From contig NC_087459.1 of NCBI RefSeq assembly GCF_036321535.1, positions 9,300,001 to 9,364,000 on the forward strand: a DNA stretch of 64,000 bases, read 5' to 3'. This document shows, piece after piece, positions 49,035 to 64,000 of the stretch (positions are counted from its first letter, which is position 1; every line of letters begins with the position of its first letter). The translations under genes were made by a program, and so were the position numbers. Origin of the DNA: Camelus dromedarius. Lineage: Eukaryota. The notes under the pieces are model-generated. The model was not told where the DNA came from and ran no database searches. It saw only the letters and a list, made by a program, of their open reading frames with translations.

Positions 49035-49565
49035 CAGTGAGCACCCCCTGCCAAGAGGAGGCCGCGCCCACTCATCATCCATTCATTCATTCTGGAGCCA
49101 GCCCCTGCTTTCCAGACAGCCAGAACCAGGCCACTCCAACCACAGGGGTGGAGGGATTGGGTGACGGGTGAATCACCTCTCTGAGGCCTGGGCCCAGGCT
49201 TCAGAGGAGACTTCCAAGGTGTCTGACTGCCCTGTCTCTGGCTCCAGAATAGAAAAGGAGACCCTGACTCACGCCGGACAGCTGACACTAAGGAACTGCA
49301 GCATTTGCACAAGGGTCCCCTACTCCCACTATGGCCTGGGGGCCAGGCTGACCTGAGGGACAGACACAACACCAGGCCCCACCCACCCAGATGTACCGAA
49401 ATTCCAGCACGGGGGTCTCAGCCTGGGGGGGGGGGGTTAGAGACCTGTTCCTAACACTAGGGGGCTGGCCCTCTAGTGGGGCTGGTCCTTAAGACACTGC
49501 TCCTCCAACCCCCAAAGGAGGGGAGATATTTATTGTGGGGAGAAAGTTTTTTGGGGGGATTTATT

Positions 49566-49571
49566 AATAAA
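49566..49571 (+). terminator. TNFRSF12A polyadenylation signal
   Basis: AATAAA followed by U-rich sequence. Confidence 0.7.
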
Positions 49572-49844
49572 AGAATCTTTAACTTTAAATGGTTTGGAGA
49601 GTGGCACGATCCCCAGCTTGACTTCCAAGAGCTGGAGGGAGGAGTGAGTCAGCCGCGGGGGTGGGGGTGAGGCTCTGACTCACACATTCTCAATGCCTGA
49701 GCCCAGCCTGCCAGAACCTGGCGGGGTCCTGACCGTTTTTCCAGGGATGTTGAGGAGAAACCCCAGCATCCAGTACCCAAGCCCTTCCCTCCCTTTCCCA
49801 AAGGCCCTGGGTTCCAGACTGAAGCTTTCATTTGCTCTGCAATC

Positions 49845-49850
49845 TTTATT
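49845..49850 (-). terminator. HCFC1R1 polyadenylation signal
   Basis: tttatt on + strand. Confidence 0.65.
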
Positions 49851-50066
49851 CAGTTCCGATGGGGAAGGCCTCCCTTCCCATGTTCCTGCCCCTCCCACCC
49901 CAGGGCTCCGTGGGGCTCAGTGTCCTCCTCTGTTGGGGGAAGGTTCTGGTGCCCAGAGGCCTGGTCTGGAAGAAAAGCAGGGCCGCTGGTCCCTTCGTGG
50001 AAGTGCTGGTCTCCCCTGTTGTGGGGAAGAAGGAAGGTGGGCAAGGTCACGCCCCCCCCGCAGCCC

Positions 50067-51188
50067 TCAGAGCTCCATTATGTCTCCAGCTGGGCTTGCA
50101 GGGTAGTTGGGGGTGGGGGTGTCCCCCAGCCTCAGCAGCCGGAGCGTCTCAGGGATCAGGTTCCCAGGGTAGCGCCAGAGAAGCAGCTCTGAGCAAGGGC
50201 TTCTGGAAGAGGAAATGACAGTCAGGGCACAGGGCTGAGGCTGGCCTGGCAGAGCCACCGCCACCCCCCACCCCCGACCTGGTTCAGGTCCCCAGGGGCT
50301 CTTGGGCTACTGGCACCTTCCAAGGAGTCAAGATGGGGAATAACGGAGGTTGACTAGAAACTAAAAATAGCAGGATGAGGCAGAGCCTGGAGTTTGGCTC
50401 TGAAGATGGTATAATCCTCCAGAAGGCCCAGCCAGTGGCTTGTGGATGGTGCCTACCTGAGTGGGGGCAGAGCTGGGCGGAAAGCCATGGGGGTGCTGCA
50501 GTAAGGATGGTCATTGTGCAGGCTGAGTCGAGAGAAGTGGGTGGCCATGTTCTCCTCAGACAGGAACTGCTTGCGCAGGGGCTCCCTGGGGAGAGACAGG
50601 GAGGCAGGAAGGCTGGGATATTCAGAGGAGAGGTAGTCTGATGGGGACCTGGATTGACAGAGGTCTTGCTGGGAGTCCCTCCCTGCCCCCAAACTCACTG
50701 CTCCTCCTCCAGGCGCCGCTTGGTGCTCATGGGCACAGCTCCTCGGAGAGGGGAGCTGGGAAGAAAAGAGAGCCAGGAGCACCCCACCCTCTTGGCCCCT
50801 ACCCAGGATCTATCTGCCCGCCTAAGCCTGCAGCGTCAGCCAGGAGCCCCCATCCCGTCCAGTCCCTGTCTCAGCTGACGCCTAAGTCACCTCCTTCACC
50901 CTCACCCCCAGACCACCCAAAAGTCGGCCTCGGACATCTCAGCCCTTAGTCTCCAACCCTGTCTCAGCTCATGCCTAAGCCCTGCCGATTCACCCCACCG
51001 CGTGTCAGCCTGTGGACCAGCCCTGAGGCCCCAGCCAAGGCTCCTGGGGTTCTGGACCCCTGGGCCGGGCCCACCCAGGAACCCTACACACACCTCGCGT
51101 CCAGGCCTCGGGGCACCCCCGAGGCGGCCCGCGGGTGGCGCTGGGCCCGACCCTGGGGTCCTCGTTCCAGGGGTTGCTGCAGGATCAT
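50067..51188 (-). CDS. HCFC1R1: Host cell factor C1 regulator 1 (HPIP); 4 exons, 138 aa
   Basis: Exons 51188-51094, 50755-50699, 50585-50457, 50202-50067 (417 nt). [10 protein letters not shown]..., HCF-binding DHPY motif, ...LRLLRLGD...PAGDIMEL. Confidence 0.96.
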
Positions 51189-51639
51189 TTAGGTTCGGGG
51201 TCCTGCGAGCGGAGGGGTGGGAGCCGGGAGACAGGGGCGGGAGCCGGGAGACAGGGGCGGGAGCCGGGAGACAGGGGCGGAGCCTCTGAGGGCGTGACCC
51301 AACGCGTGGGGCGTGGTTTTAGGCCCGCGCAGAGGCCAGCTTCCGCGCAGGCGCAGAAGACGGACGGTCGGCACGCGGCTGGGAGGCGGGTGTGTTCAGT
51401 GGGGTGGGGTGGGGGTGGGCGTCCGGTAGTAGGGCTGCGGTGGGCGCCACTTGGTGTTGGGTTCTTCTTGGCGGTCCACCTCCATTCCTGGGGCTCGGGT
51501 TACGCGGCGGCCGCCTTCACGCCTGGCCGGCCAGCAGTGTTAGGAGGTGGGGCGCCGCTAAGGGGAGACGCTCTTCGGCACTTCCGGACTCGTGAGGCTG
51601 CCTGGCGCGCGGAGCACTCTGGGAGTTTTAGTTCTGGAG
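51189..51639. promoter_or_regulatory. Bidirectional CpG promoter of HCFC1R1 and THOC6
   Basis: Start codons are head-to-head 451 bp apart; CpG-rich; GC boxes; ETS-like cacttccgg and NRF1-like tgcgc motifs. Confidence 0.8.
51221..51280 (+). repeat. 20-bp minisatellite, 3 copies (GAGCCGGGAGACAGGGGCGG)
   Basis: Three perfect copies. Confidence 0.95.
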
Positions 51640-54410
<2,771 letters not shown>

Positions 54411-54713
54411 TGATTTTGATACATAAATACCCACCCCCACCCGGTTCTGGTGCTTGCCAGGGCCAGGGGGCCTAGTGCCTAGAAAAAGTAGTCCTATATA
54501 GATTCGAAAAACAGCTCTGCCACCCCTGCCTCTGCCACCCACCTGGGGTCTCTGAACCCCAAAGCTGGCACTTGCTCCCAGTGAGCCCCTGCTAAGCCTT
54601 TCAGGGCGGGGAGGGCATTAGCCCCCTTTGGCAGACGATCGGGGCCGTCGCTCCATTGGCCGGAAGTGGAAAGTGAGCCAAAGAGGGCAAAGGGGGCCCC
54701 CTCCACCCGGCCC

Positions 54714-57700
54714 TCAGGTCCTTCGGAAGAAGTTGCTGAGGAAGCCGCCGGAGGGCCCAGGGCCCAAGCGCAGTGAGAAGCGCGGCGGGGCGCGGCGTGG
54801 GGTGGAACCGGCCGCACTCAACTCTTTCAGGCGTTGGGAGCGCAGCTGCTGTCCGATGACCACTTGCATGTCGTCCTGTGGGGCGGGTCAGCCGAGCCAG
54901 AGGGGCGGGTCAGCATCTGGCCCCGCCCCTGCCTGTTCCGCCCCGTCGGCCCCCGTCGGCCCCCGTCGGCCCCCGTCGGCCCCCGTCGGCCCCCGTCGGC
55001 CCCCGTCGGCCCCCGTCGGCCCTGCCTCTCACCTGCCAGGCCTCCAGTTCTTGCGTTAGCGCCACCTTCTGGCCGATGGTGCGAAGCAATTCTCGGGAGA
55101 GGGAGTCCCGCTCCAGAGAAACGCGGCTGAGCTCCAGGGACAATTCTAGGGCCCTGTCGGCAGAAAACGGGTCCAAGGGCGCTGGGGCGTCAGCGAGCCT
55201 TTAGGGGAGAAGGGGGAGAGGGGTAGAACCCTGAACCCAGACGAAGTGGGGCCGCTGATACAGAAACCAGGGAGGTCAGAGGGCTCCTGGTCCGAGTGAG
55301 GATAATTATATCCCATATCATGCGTGGCGTATTGGAGGTCTAGAAAGGCCAGAGTGTCCTGGGGGCCGGTAGTCCCCCTGGGGCGGTGGTGGATGGTGGC
55401 AGAAGCTCACTTGTTCACGGCCTCGTCCCGGTCGGAGAGAGCATCACTTAAGGCCTCCGCAGGGTCCTGAGCCCTCAGTTCCTTCTGCCTTTGCAGTTCC
55501 TCCCGCAGGGCCTGTAGCTCTGCCCGCTGCAGCGTGATCTGCGGGCAGGGGAGGGTGCAGAGAAGCGAGTAGGCCCTGGCGTCCTAGCCCGGGTTCCATC
55601 TCACCGTCCCAATCTTCTGCCCTCCTCCTCCCCGCCCATCCCCGTCTCCACAAACAACCCCGACAGCTGTGGTCCTGTGCTGAAGATGAATCTTCTGAGC
55701 CCCTAGACTGTGGCCGGATGGGTTGGGTTAGGGCTAGTTGGGTGGTATAAGCCTACAGAAAGGATGGAGAAGCACTGGAGGTGCGACTAAGTGGGGAGTG
55801 TAGCCCAGGAAGTCTTCCTGGAGGAGATGACATACAGACTGGCTCTAGAAACATGATTTGCAGGTTTGTTGGGATGAAGGGCTATCCAGGTAGGGGGAGA
55901 TAGTGGGCAAAGGCTTGGAGGTGTAGATGGGAAAGAGAAACTGACATTGAGAAGGGCTCTGCATCCAGTCCTATGTTCCCCCCCACCTCATCCTGCAACC
56001 GGACCGCTTCTGCCTCCTCCTCTTCCAACATCTCCCCCGGGCTCAGGGATGCTCGCTTCCTGGGAAGCTCCAACCTCTCCTCCTGGGACGAAGGCTGATG
56101 GCTGGATGCCTTTTGGGTCTCCAGGGACAGAGTGGTCTGTTCACCAAAGGAATCAGTCAGTGAAGTGTCGAACCTCGTGGGAAAAGGAGGAGGGGCGGAG
56201 TCTGCAGCCCTCCTGGATGGTACCTGTGCGGGGCTGGTGGGCCGAGAGCTCATGAGAGTGTCTCCACGTCTGTCCGTGTTCTGGTCTTGGTCATGGACAC
56301 TGTCGAGGCTATGGGCAAGCTCCAGCTGCAGCGAGGCTCCCGAGATGTCGGCCTCTTGGAGGCGCGACTCCTCCAGCTCCGAGACGCGTCGCTGCAGCCG
56401 CCGCAGCGCGCTCAGTGCTTCCTCCGCCTCGGAGCGCGCACGTTCCAGCTGCGACCGACCCGCACACCGACAGAAACAAGGACGGTCAGCCGTGCGCTCC
56501 CGGCGCCGGCATCCCACAGCCGACCCACAGAGGGCGCCAGCGCGCCTCAGAGAGTCTGGCAGCCCCGCGAGTCCGTGAAACCCGGCACCAAAGTTGGCTC
56601 CCACTCCTGGATCTCTGGGTAGCCTTGGGCTGCACAGTTCTTGGTAAATACCAGTTTACTCACCTATAAAGCAGGGTGCCGACGGGTGCCCGGGCTTTAA
56701 AGTCTCGCATCACCCTCCCTCCTGTCCCACCCCATCAGTTCACCTTGAAAAGCCCCCCCGCCCCCGACAGGTCTGCCTTCCTTTCTTTAATGCTGTCATT
56801 CAGTATTAACTGATCCTTCCTTCTAAGCCGGCGATGTGCTGAGTGTTTCACACCCTCATCATAGCCCTGTACCATTATCATCCCGTCTCACAGATGAGGA
56901 AACTGAGTCCCACAATAGTAAGAAGGGACACTGGGATAAGAACCCAGGTAATTTGACTGCAAAGTGCAAACTCCTGAGCTCTCAGACATCAGAACATGCT
57001 GCCTCTTCTCATATCCTTTTCTCTCTCTTCACAGCCCAGACCTGGTCCAAGACCCCATCATCTCTGACTTGAGCTCTGGCTTCTGCCCCATGGCCAGGCT
57101 CTGATTCTTTTTTTTATTTTTAATTTTTTTGTGGGGGGAGGTAATTATGTTTGCATATTTAGCTTTGGAGGGGGTACTGGGGATTGAACCCAGGACCTTG
57201 TGTATGCTAAGCATGCACTCTACCACTTGAACTACACCCTCCCCCTACCAGGCTCTGATACTAAGAGTGTACTACCCCTGCTCAATATCCTTCCATAGCT
57301 CCCACTTCGCTTGTGGCCCAGCTGCTAGGGCTCCCAATGACACAGTTGTGGCCTCATCTCCCAGGAAGCCCAGACGCAGTGGCCAAGACCCTGGTGATGC
57401 ACCCGCCCACCCCAACCCCACTAGTCACCTCCAGACTGTGCTCCCGCCTCTCACGTCGTAGCAGCAGCAGCTCCTCGTGGGTTGCCTGTAGCCTGCCCTG
57501 GCCCTTCTCCACCTCCTCACGCAGGCCTCGAATCTGGGCCTCCAAGTCCTGTCGACGGCTCTGCAGCATCTGATTCTGGGAAGAGGCCTCAGAGCTGGAT
57601 TGGAAGTGCTAGGCTAGCCCCAGATAGCCCCCTATCCAGCCCTTCTGGCTCAATAGATCCCCAGCCCCAGCCAGCACTCACCTCCCCCTGCAGACTCTCC

Positions 57701-60700
57701 AGCCGTGTCCTCAGCTCTGCCCCAGCCAGGACCTGAGCTTGGCACTGCCCCCGTAGGCCATCCAGTTCCCTCTGAAGCTCCTGCTCAGCCTGGGAGGCCT
57801 TGGGGGTGGGGGGAGGCAGTGGAGCCCTCAGCTGGCCCCAGTCTGAACACCAAGCCCAGCGCACCCACCCCAACCAGGACCCAGGCATCTGCCCTCTCCT
57901 TGCCCAGGGACCTGGGGTCAGGGCTATCCCACCTGGGCCAGCTGCTGACTGAGCCGGAGGTTCTGTTCGCTGAGTTCACTGAGGGCCCGCACCCGCTCAC
58001 GCCCGCTGTCCTGCTGCTCTGAACGCTGCTCCCCGAGCTGGGCCCGAAGGGCCTCCACGTCCCCTTCCAGCTCCACAGCCCTGGCCTCCCACTCAGCTCC
58101 CCGTGCTGCCAGGCCCCGGCGGAGCTCATGGTTCTCCTGCTGCAGCTGCTGTGGGGGCCGAGACAGACGGTCAGAGACAGAAGAGGAGAGGTGAGGCTGG
58201 AGCAGACACAGAGAGACTGAGATGGAGAGACAGAGACCCAAAGAGAGGGGTCTGGGGCAGGCATGAGACAGGAGAGTGCTGGGGAGGAAGTGGGCAGAGA
58301 GAGCAAGACTCAGGCTCAGGCAGTAGGAGAAGGGGGGGAGCGGTAGAGAGAAGTTGCCAGGAGGGTCTGACCCTGGGCCAGAGTGGGGTGGGGCCCCTTG
58401 GATGCCCACTCACCTCTGGTTGCCGCCTGGGCTTCTGGACCCGAGGCCGCAGGCGCCGCTTCTGACGCCTGAGTCTGGCAGAATTTAAGCCTCGGCCCAT
58501 GGCCCCACGCACCTGTGTTCCAGGGGCTCTGAAGCTTCAGCCTCTGCTCAAGCCCTCTTCCCCAGCTCCCACCGGCCAGCTCCCTCTAATTAACCATGCT
58601 CAGCCCCACCCTGGCCCCACGCCTCTGCCTGCCCTCCCCAAAACCTGTCTAACCAGCAGGGGGACGCTCCTGGCACACCCAGATGCCCAGCTTGGGGAGG
58701 CGGGCAAGCCAGGGGGCCAGCCTCTGCCCCCTACTCTATGGACTCACAAAACAGGAAGATGATGCTAACCACAGCTGTTCCAAGTATTAGCAGGTGCTCC
58801 TGCAGGGTCCTGGGCTAGCGCATTAGCTGTATTGTTTTATTTACTCACTTTGAGTTAGAATCCTTAACGTCCTCATTTTACAGATGAGAAAACTGGCCTC
58901 AGAGAGGTCACATGTCTTGCCCAAGGACACACAGTGAGTTAGTGGAGCTGGGATTCTAACCCAGGCAGCCAAGCCCCTAACTGAATACTGTGGGGGCAAT
59001 ATAACTCTAGGATTAAGCCCACAGGTTCGGGGTCTGATTATCCTGGCCAGTGCCCAGCTCTGCTGCTGCTTTGTGGTCAGGAAAGTCTCCTAATATCTCC
59101 AAGTCCCATCCATCCACCCATCCATCCCATGTTTCCTGAGCCCCCCTGTTTTGGAGTCTGGCTGTCAGCAGTAAGCGAGACCACCAAGTTGTGTCTCAAG
59201 CAGCTTAGAGTCCAGAGGGTCACAGGCAAATGGACACATTCTTGAACCAGGTAGTTTTGGAGGGGGAACATTAAGGGCTATAAAGAGACTCTGAGAAGTG
59301 ATAAAGAGCAGTGGGTGAGGGCTCCTTCAGGAGGAAGTAATGCCTAAATTGACTCCTGCAGGGCAAGAAGGAAGAGGGCCACAGCAAGGGACTTCACGTG
59401 CAAAGGCCCTGAGGCAACAAGCTTGGGTTACTAAAGGAAGTGAAAAAAGGACCCATCAGAGGAGGAGCTGTGCGGCTGAGATGAGGTCAGGGAGGTGACA
59501 TGGGATGTTTAGGGATGTGGGGAAGAGTTTCAGTTTCATTCTAAATGTGAGGCTAGCCACTGGGAGATTCTGGGCAAGGACTGAAATGATCTGACTTCGA
59601 ATTTTTGAAGATCCCTCTGGCTGCCCTGTGGAGAAAGGGCTCCAGGGAGCAAGAGTGGAAGCTGAGGGCCAGTGAGGAGGCGGCTGCAGTGTCTGTGGCA
59701 GAGACGATGAGGCTACGGCCTGCTTAGAGAGACAATGAGAAGTGGGGAGACTCGAACTCTAGTTTTGCAGAAGAACCAGCAGGGCTTGTCGATGTGGAAG
59801 GAGAGAGGTCACGGGGACTCAGGTCCTGCAGTAGGAAGCTGAGATGGGGACGGCAGGTGATTGGGTCATGGAATCCAGTGCCACTTATGTTGAGATGCCC
59901 AGTCTGGCCAGGTGGAGAGGGTGTGGGGCTGACGATGTGGATACAGGAGTCAGTGGTGTCCAGGGCATTTAGGGGACCAGATGTGACCGCCAGGGTGAGA
60001 GGGTGGCTGACGACAGCCTGGGCAGAGAGAACTTTTTGTATCTCAGAATTGGGTAAGAATTGACTGAAGTGATGGGTGGAAAGTGCCTAGCCCAGAGCCA
60101 GACAGGGAGGGGGCACCCAGGAACTGAGCCAGGCAAGGAGGGGGCACCCAGGAAATGTTGGCTGGGGTTACTGCTGAGGAACCAGACCCAAGATTCCGAG
60201 AGGACCAGCAGCTTTCCTACAGCCACACAGCCAGGCGGGGATCTGAACCCAGGTCCTGACTTGTCCTCAGTGCCCGTATTCTTAACCAGTGGACAATATG
60301 ACCAGGGGTGTGTGTGAGGAATGGTCCCAGCCCTGAACTGCTGTTCAGGGGCCTCCCCCTGCCCAGCTTTCCTCCCCACCCCCACCTGGTCCCTGCCACC
60401 TGTCCCCCATCTGCCCATGCCTGCCCTCTGCTGCCAGCTCACTTCCTCACGCTCAGAGTGCTGGGCATTCAGCATCTCCAGCTGTCGCTGCAGCTCCTCA
60501 TTGCGCTCCAGAAGCATCTTGCCAAGCTCGGCGGCCAGCAGCAGGTCTTTCTCCTTCTGCTGCAGCTGCAGGGCCAGGTCCTCAGGCTCCTCAGGCCCTG
60601 CGCCCCCTCCTAGGAACGAGTCCCGCCGCTCGAGCACAAAGGGGTAGAAGCCCTCATCGCCGCTGGGGGAGGCGCCCCCAGAGAGCAACCCCGACGGGAA

Positions 60701-60724
60701 GCTTGGCCCTTCTGGGGAGCTCAT
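54714..60724 (-). CDS. BICDL2: BICD family-like cargo adaptor 2 (CCDC64B); 9 coding exons, ~515 aa
   Basis: Exons 60724-60443, 58148-57933, 57798-57682, 57575-57429, 56448-56224, 56136-55987, 55538-55411, 55153-55033, 54875-54714. CC1 box [15 protein letters not shown]; C-terminal [18 protein letters not shown]...FLSNFFRRT. Confidence 0.94.
54941..55020 (+). repeat. 10-bp minisatellite, 8 copies (CCCCGTCGGC), in the last BICDL2 intron
   Basis: Eight perfect copies. Confidence 0.97.
56840..56995 (-). mobile_element. MIR remnant
   Basis: atcccgtctcacagatgaggaaactgagtccca...aacccagg. Confidence 0.55.
57106..57247 (-). mobile_element. Vic-1-like SINE with 12-bp TSD
   Basis: ggtactggggattgaacccaggaccttgtgtatgctaagcatgcactctaccacttgaactacaccctcccc; TSD CCAGGCTCTGAT at 57094-57105 and 57248-57259. 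Confidence 0.85.
58810..58990 (-). mobile_element. MIR remnant
   Basis: cctcattttacagatgagaaaactggcctcagagaggtcacatgtcttgcccaaggacacacag. Confidence 0.65.
59270..60070 (-). mobile_element. L2 remnant
   Basis: ttttcattctaaatgtgag...ccactggga...gatctgacttcgaatttt...gatccctctggctgc...tgttgagatgcc. Confidence 0.6.
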
Positions 60725-62182
60725 GGTGCCTGCAGCGTCTGTAGGGACAGGTAGGTCTGTGGGGAGAGGTAGCTGCAGTACCCTCTACTCAGCAGCCCAG
60801 CGGGGTTCACCCCCGCTGGCCAAGATGTGGCTCTCCTGCAATTCTTCCCCTGCCCACTGGCCCTCTCAGTCCTGCCACTAGTGCCTCCCTGGGCCATGAA
60901 GGGTTAATGATCTGTGTCTTGGCCACCCAGCTCCGTTAATGTCTCCAAGGTAAACTGAGGCAGGAGGAAACAGGAAGGGAGCTGCCCAGCCTTCTGCCCC
61001 TGGCAGACATTTTCTGCCCCAGGAAACCGTTGTCCCAGTGCTCCAGAACCCCAGGCCACCCCACCAACTGCCCCTGCCCCCTCTTCCCAGAACCCAGCTG
61101 CTCTGGCTCCCAGTCCCTCACCAGCTGGGAAACTCTTCCCAGAACCCAGGTTCTTGAGACTCAGGACTCAGGGATAAGTCCAGCCCCTTCTCCCCAGTAT
61201 CCACGGCAGTGGGAACTTAGGTGTCCTGAGCCCTTAACCCCCAGAAATCCAGCCCCTTCCTCTTCTTCCAGAAGCCCAGGCCCAGGTTCCCAGTTCCTGG
61301 AGACCCAGATGCTCTCATGCCAGCCCCCCTGTCCTCCTGGCTCTTGTTCTCCTAATGTCCTATGTCCCCACCCCTTGGAACTCAGGTGCCCAGGCCCCCA
61401 GCCCCCCAGGTTCCCAGGCCACGGGCGGGAGAGGTAACAGGTTGTGCCGGCACTGCTGCCCTGCCACTCCAGGTTTCTGTTTACTCCCCTCCCGGCCCTG
61501 GGGACGGGAGCCTGGTGGCGCTCCCCTAGGGCTGCCAGGGCCTGGCAGTTCAGGGGCTCTGGGCTCAGGAGGGCAGGGATGCCAGGGGCTTCCCTGCCAT
61601 GTTCCCCCCTCCAGCCCTTCTGAGGTTCCCCACCCCCTAAACACACAAACACACACACCTGTCCCTTCCTCTCCTCCCCTTGCCAGGTGTCCAACCCCAG
61701 GCCTACCTGTAGGACCCAGGTGTTAGCGGTAGTCCTAGCCCAGCTGCCCACAGGCTGGACGGGGGTGGGGGTGGGGGTCTCCCTAACGTGGCCTCCGCGA
61801 CCCAACCCAGCTCTGGGATTCAGAGCATCCCTTCTCCTTGCCTCTCCCCGCACCGAGCTACCATTAGTAAATGGTGCCCAGGCGTCAGGGCCCCCAGCCC
61901 CTTGACCCCCAACCCTAGGCGTCGGAAACCCAGCTACCTCCTTACTTCCTGCCGGCGTTCCCCATTTCCCGGTCCCAAGAGCCAGGCCCAGCCGCTCCAG
62001 CCCCGCGCCATCCTCCCGCTCCAGCTCGCCCCGGCCTGAACTCGAAGGGCCCCGGTCCCTAGGCTCTCACCCGACGACGCCCGGCTCCCTCCGAGGTCCC
62101 CGCGGTCCCGATCCCCTCTTCCGGAGGCGGTGCCAGGTGCACGGCGCACAGGTGAGGGGGCGGTGCCACGGGCAGGGCTGGG

Positions 62183-62196
62183 GCGCCCCCTGGTGG
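62183..62196 (-). promoter_or_regulatory. CTCF consensus site at the BICDL2 5' CpG region
   Basis: Reverse complement CCACCAGGGGGCGC matches the core CTCF consensus. Confidence 0.55.
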
Positions 62197-62439
62197 CCGG
62201 AATGGCCAGGTGGGGCTTAAAGAAAGTCGCCTCCACCCAGGTCAGAGCCAGTGACCCATTTTACTGCCATTGGAAAACAACAGCGCCCATTAATTGAGCA
62301 CCCACTGTATGCGGACCGCACGTTGAGCATAGACTTCCGCTCCTTTTCCCTCAGAACTGCCCTGTGGGATAGGAAATTATTAACAATAACAAATCTAACA
62401 CACATTAAGCACTCTGCCAACTAAGCTATTTTATAGGCA

Positions 62440-62660
62440 TAACTTGTTTACTTTCAAGACATCTTAATGAAGCAAGAACTACTATCATCCCCATTTTCCA
62501 GGTGAGGAAACAGAGGCCCGGGGGGATCTAACTTGCTTCGGGTCAAATGGACAGAACTTGAATGTGAGGGTCAGAAATGTGACTTCAGGGTGTGTGCTCT
62601 TATACTGATTCCTGGGCTGCAGGTGAGAACAGCTAAAGTGACTTGCCCATAGCCACACCT
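62440..62660 (-). mobile_element. MIR remnant
   Basis: atcatccccattttccaggtgaggaaacagaggccc...aacttgcttcgggtca. Confidence 0.55.
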
Positions 62661-63699
62661 TAGCCTGTGTGCTGACTCCCAGCTTGATGCTCTCAGTTCC
62701 CAGGCTGTGCAGAGTCAGGGGCAGAGCACTTGGTGTGGAGACTGGGAGGATCCAGGGCTGGATGCTGGTGTTTAAACAGCCTAGTGCAGCCCGGGCATGT
62801 GGGTGATGCCACCGCCATGGCCTGGTGGCTTGCCAGGAGTCTCCTCAGACTTCCAGAGCTCCCTGGGTCCCTGTGAAAGGGGCTCCTGGCCTGGTGAGGA
62901 GGGATGAATGGAGGGCTGGGAGCTGTGGTGAGCTGGTAACTATTTAACGACAGGCTCTCTGGGGGCAAAGAAAGCCCTGATTTGTTGCTTTTGCCAATTT
63001 CTGGGGTGTAAATACTCCCACCAATGCTAATTCCAAGCTATGGACATGACATCCTTGAATGTGGGGATGGGCGGAGATGTGCATAATCAGTTTTTGCCAG
63101 CCACTTACCAGCTGGGTCCCCTGCATCTGTGGCTTCGGGGGTCAGGACTTCTGAGTGTTGGAGGACTGAGGACCTATCTGGCTGGGCCCTAGAAATAGAA
63201 AAGGAAAATGGGAGCTGGGACTCCTGACTTGTGGGAAAATGGATGCAAGAATTCTTTGGAGGGGTGGTTCAGGGGCTGGGACCCCTGGATCCTGGACTAG
63301 GCCCAGGTTTCCTGCCAGCACAGAGCAGAAGTACCAATTTCATTTTAAAGGGGTCTGAGGGGTGTGTTGCCTGGCAAGGCCACTGTATTCTCCCACAGCA
63401 TCTGTGGGAACAGCCTGGTGGACTTTGAAGGACTAGAGACATCCCTGGTGCTGCCACCTGATTTCCTCCAAATGCCAGGATCACCCCAGGCTCCTCCTGT
63501 ACCACACCCAGCACACCTTCCTGAGCCCCCCTCCTGCCAGGCAGGGGCTGGGCTCACCTGGAGATGAAGTGGTCAAGGCCCTACTCCCAGGAGGTCCACA
63601 GTCCACCCAGGAGGTAGGAGGAGGTGTAGACCTATAAAACAGAAAGGAACCAATAAAACAATACAGCAAAGAGCTTGGTTCACAGATGTTGGCATCCCA

Positions 63700-63870
63700 T
63701 GGCTTCAGTCCAAATTCCAGTTTGGCCACATATGGGCTATGTGTGCCTGTTTCATCCAGCTGACCTCTGCAGCCCTCAGTTTCTCCATTTGTAAAATGGG
63801 GTGATAAGTTTCCAGCTTATGCAGTTGTGAGAATTAAATGGTGAAGTGCCAACACTTAGTCTGTGCTAGT
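63700..63870 (+). mobile_element. MIR remnant
   Basis: ctcagtttctccatttgtaaaatggggtgataa...gttgtgagaattaaatg. Confidence 0.6.
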
Positions 63871-64000
63871 GATCCTGAGCAGGACCATAAGAAGTGACTC
63901 ACCACACATATTACAATGTACTTCATCCTCACAGCAACCCTATGAGGGCATACCAGTCACGGACATGTGACCAGCTCAGGGAGATAGAGTGATTTGTCTG

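Noticed and set aside
59969-60442. Extension of the BICDL2 first-exon ORF to 251 aa
   Set aside because: Intron read-through past a canonical GAA|GTGAGC donor at 60443, into L2 sequence.
61000-62200. BICDL2 non-coding 5' exons (candidate donors at 61707 and 61946)
   Set aside because: Plausible, but boundaries cannot be fixed without transcript data.

Overview
Mammalian genomic DNA, GC-rich and gene-dense. It is most likely camelid, judged by repeated Vic-1-like tRNA-derived SINEs, and syntenic with human 16p13.3. Gene order: PAQR4(+), PKMYT1(-), GREP1(+), an unnamed CpG-island two-exon unit(+), CLDN9(+), CLDN6(-), TNFRSF12A(+), HCFC1R1(-), THOC6(+), BICDL2(-). I traced all coding exons by hand to AG/GT boundaries and checked frame. 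Most ORFs in the supplied track are GC-rich noise. Highlights: (1) GREP1 is built from about 47 symmetric phase-1 micro-exons in a repeating 30/33/36-60 nt module, with K-P-x-K-P motifs and a terminal two-Cys exon, next to a CLDN pair. This suggests an ancient elastin paralogue, and several of its cassette exons are decayed. (2) A complete unannotated gene model at about 36.1-37.6 kb encodes a Pro/Leu-rich ORF that may start at CUG. (3) CLDN6 has lost the claudin GLW signature (L50P) and carries R158W. (4) A BICDL2 splice donor reads AT instead of GT and appears rescued by an in-frame donor 30 nt away. Cross-species comparisons are from memory and need checking.
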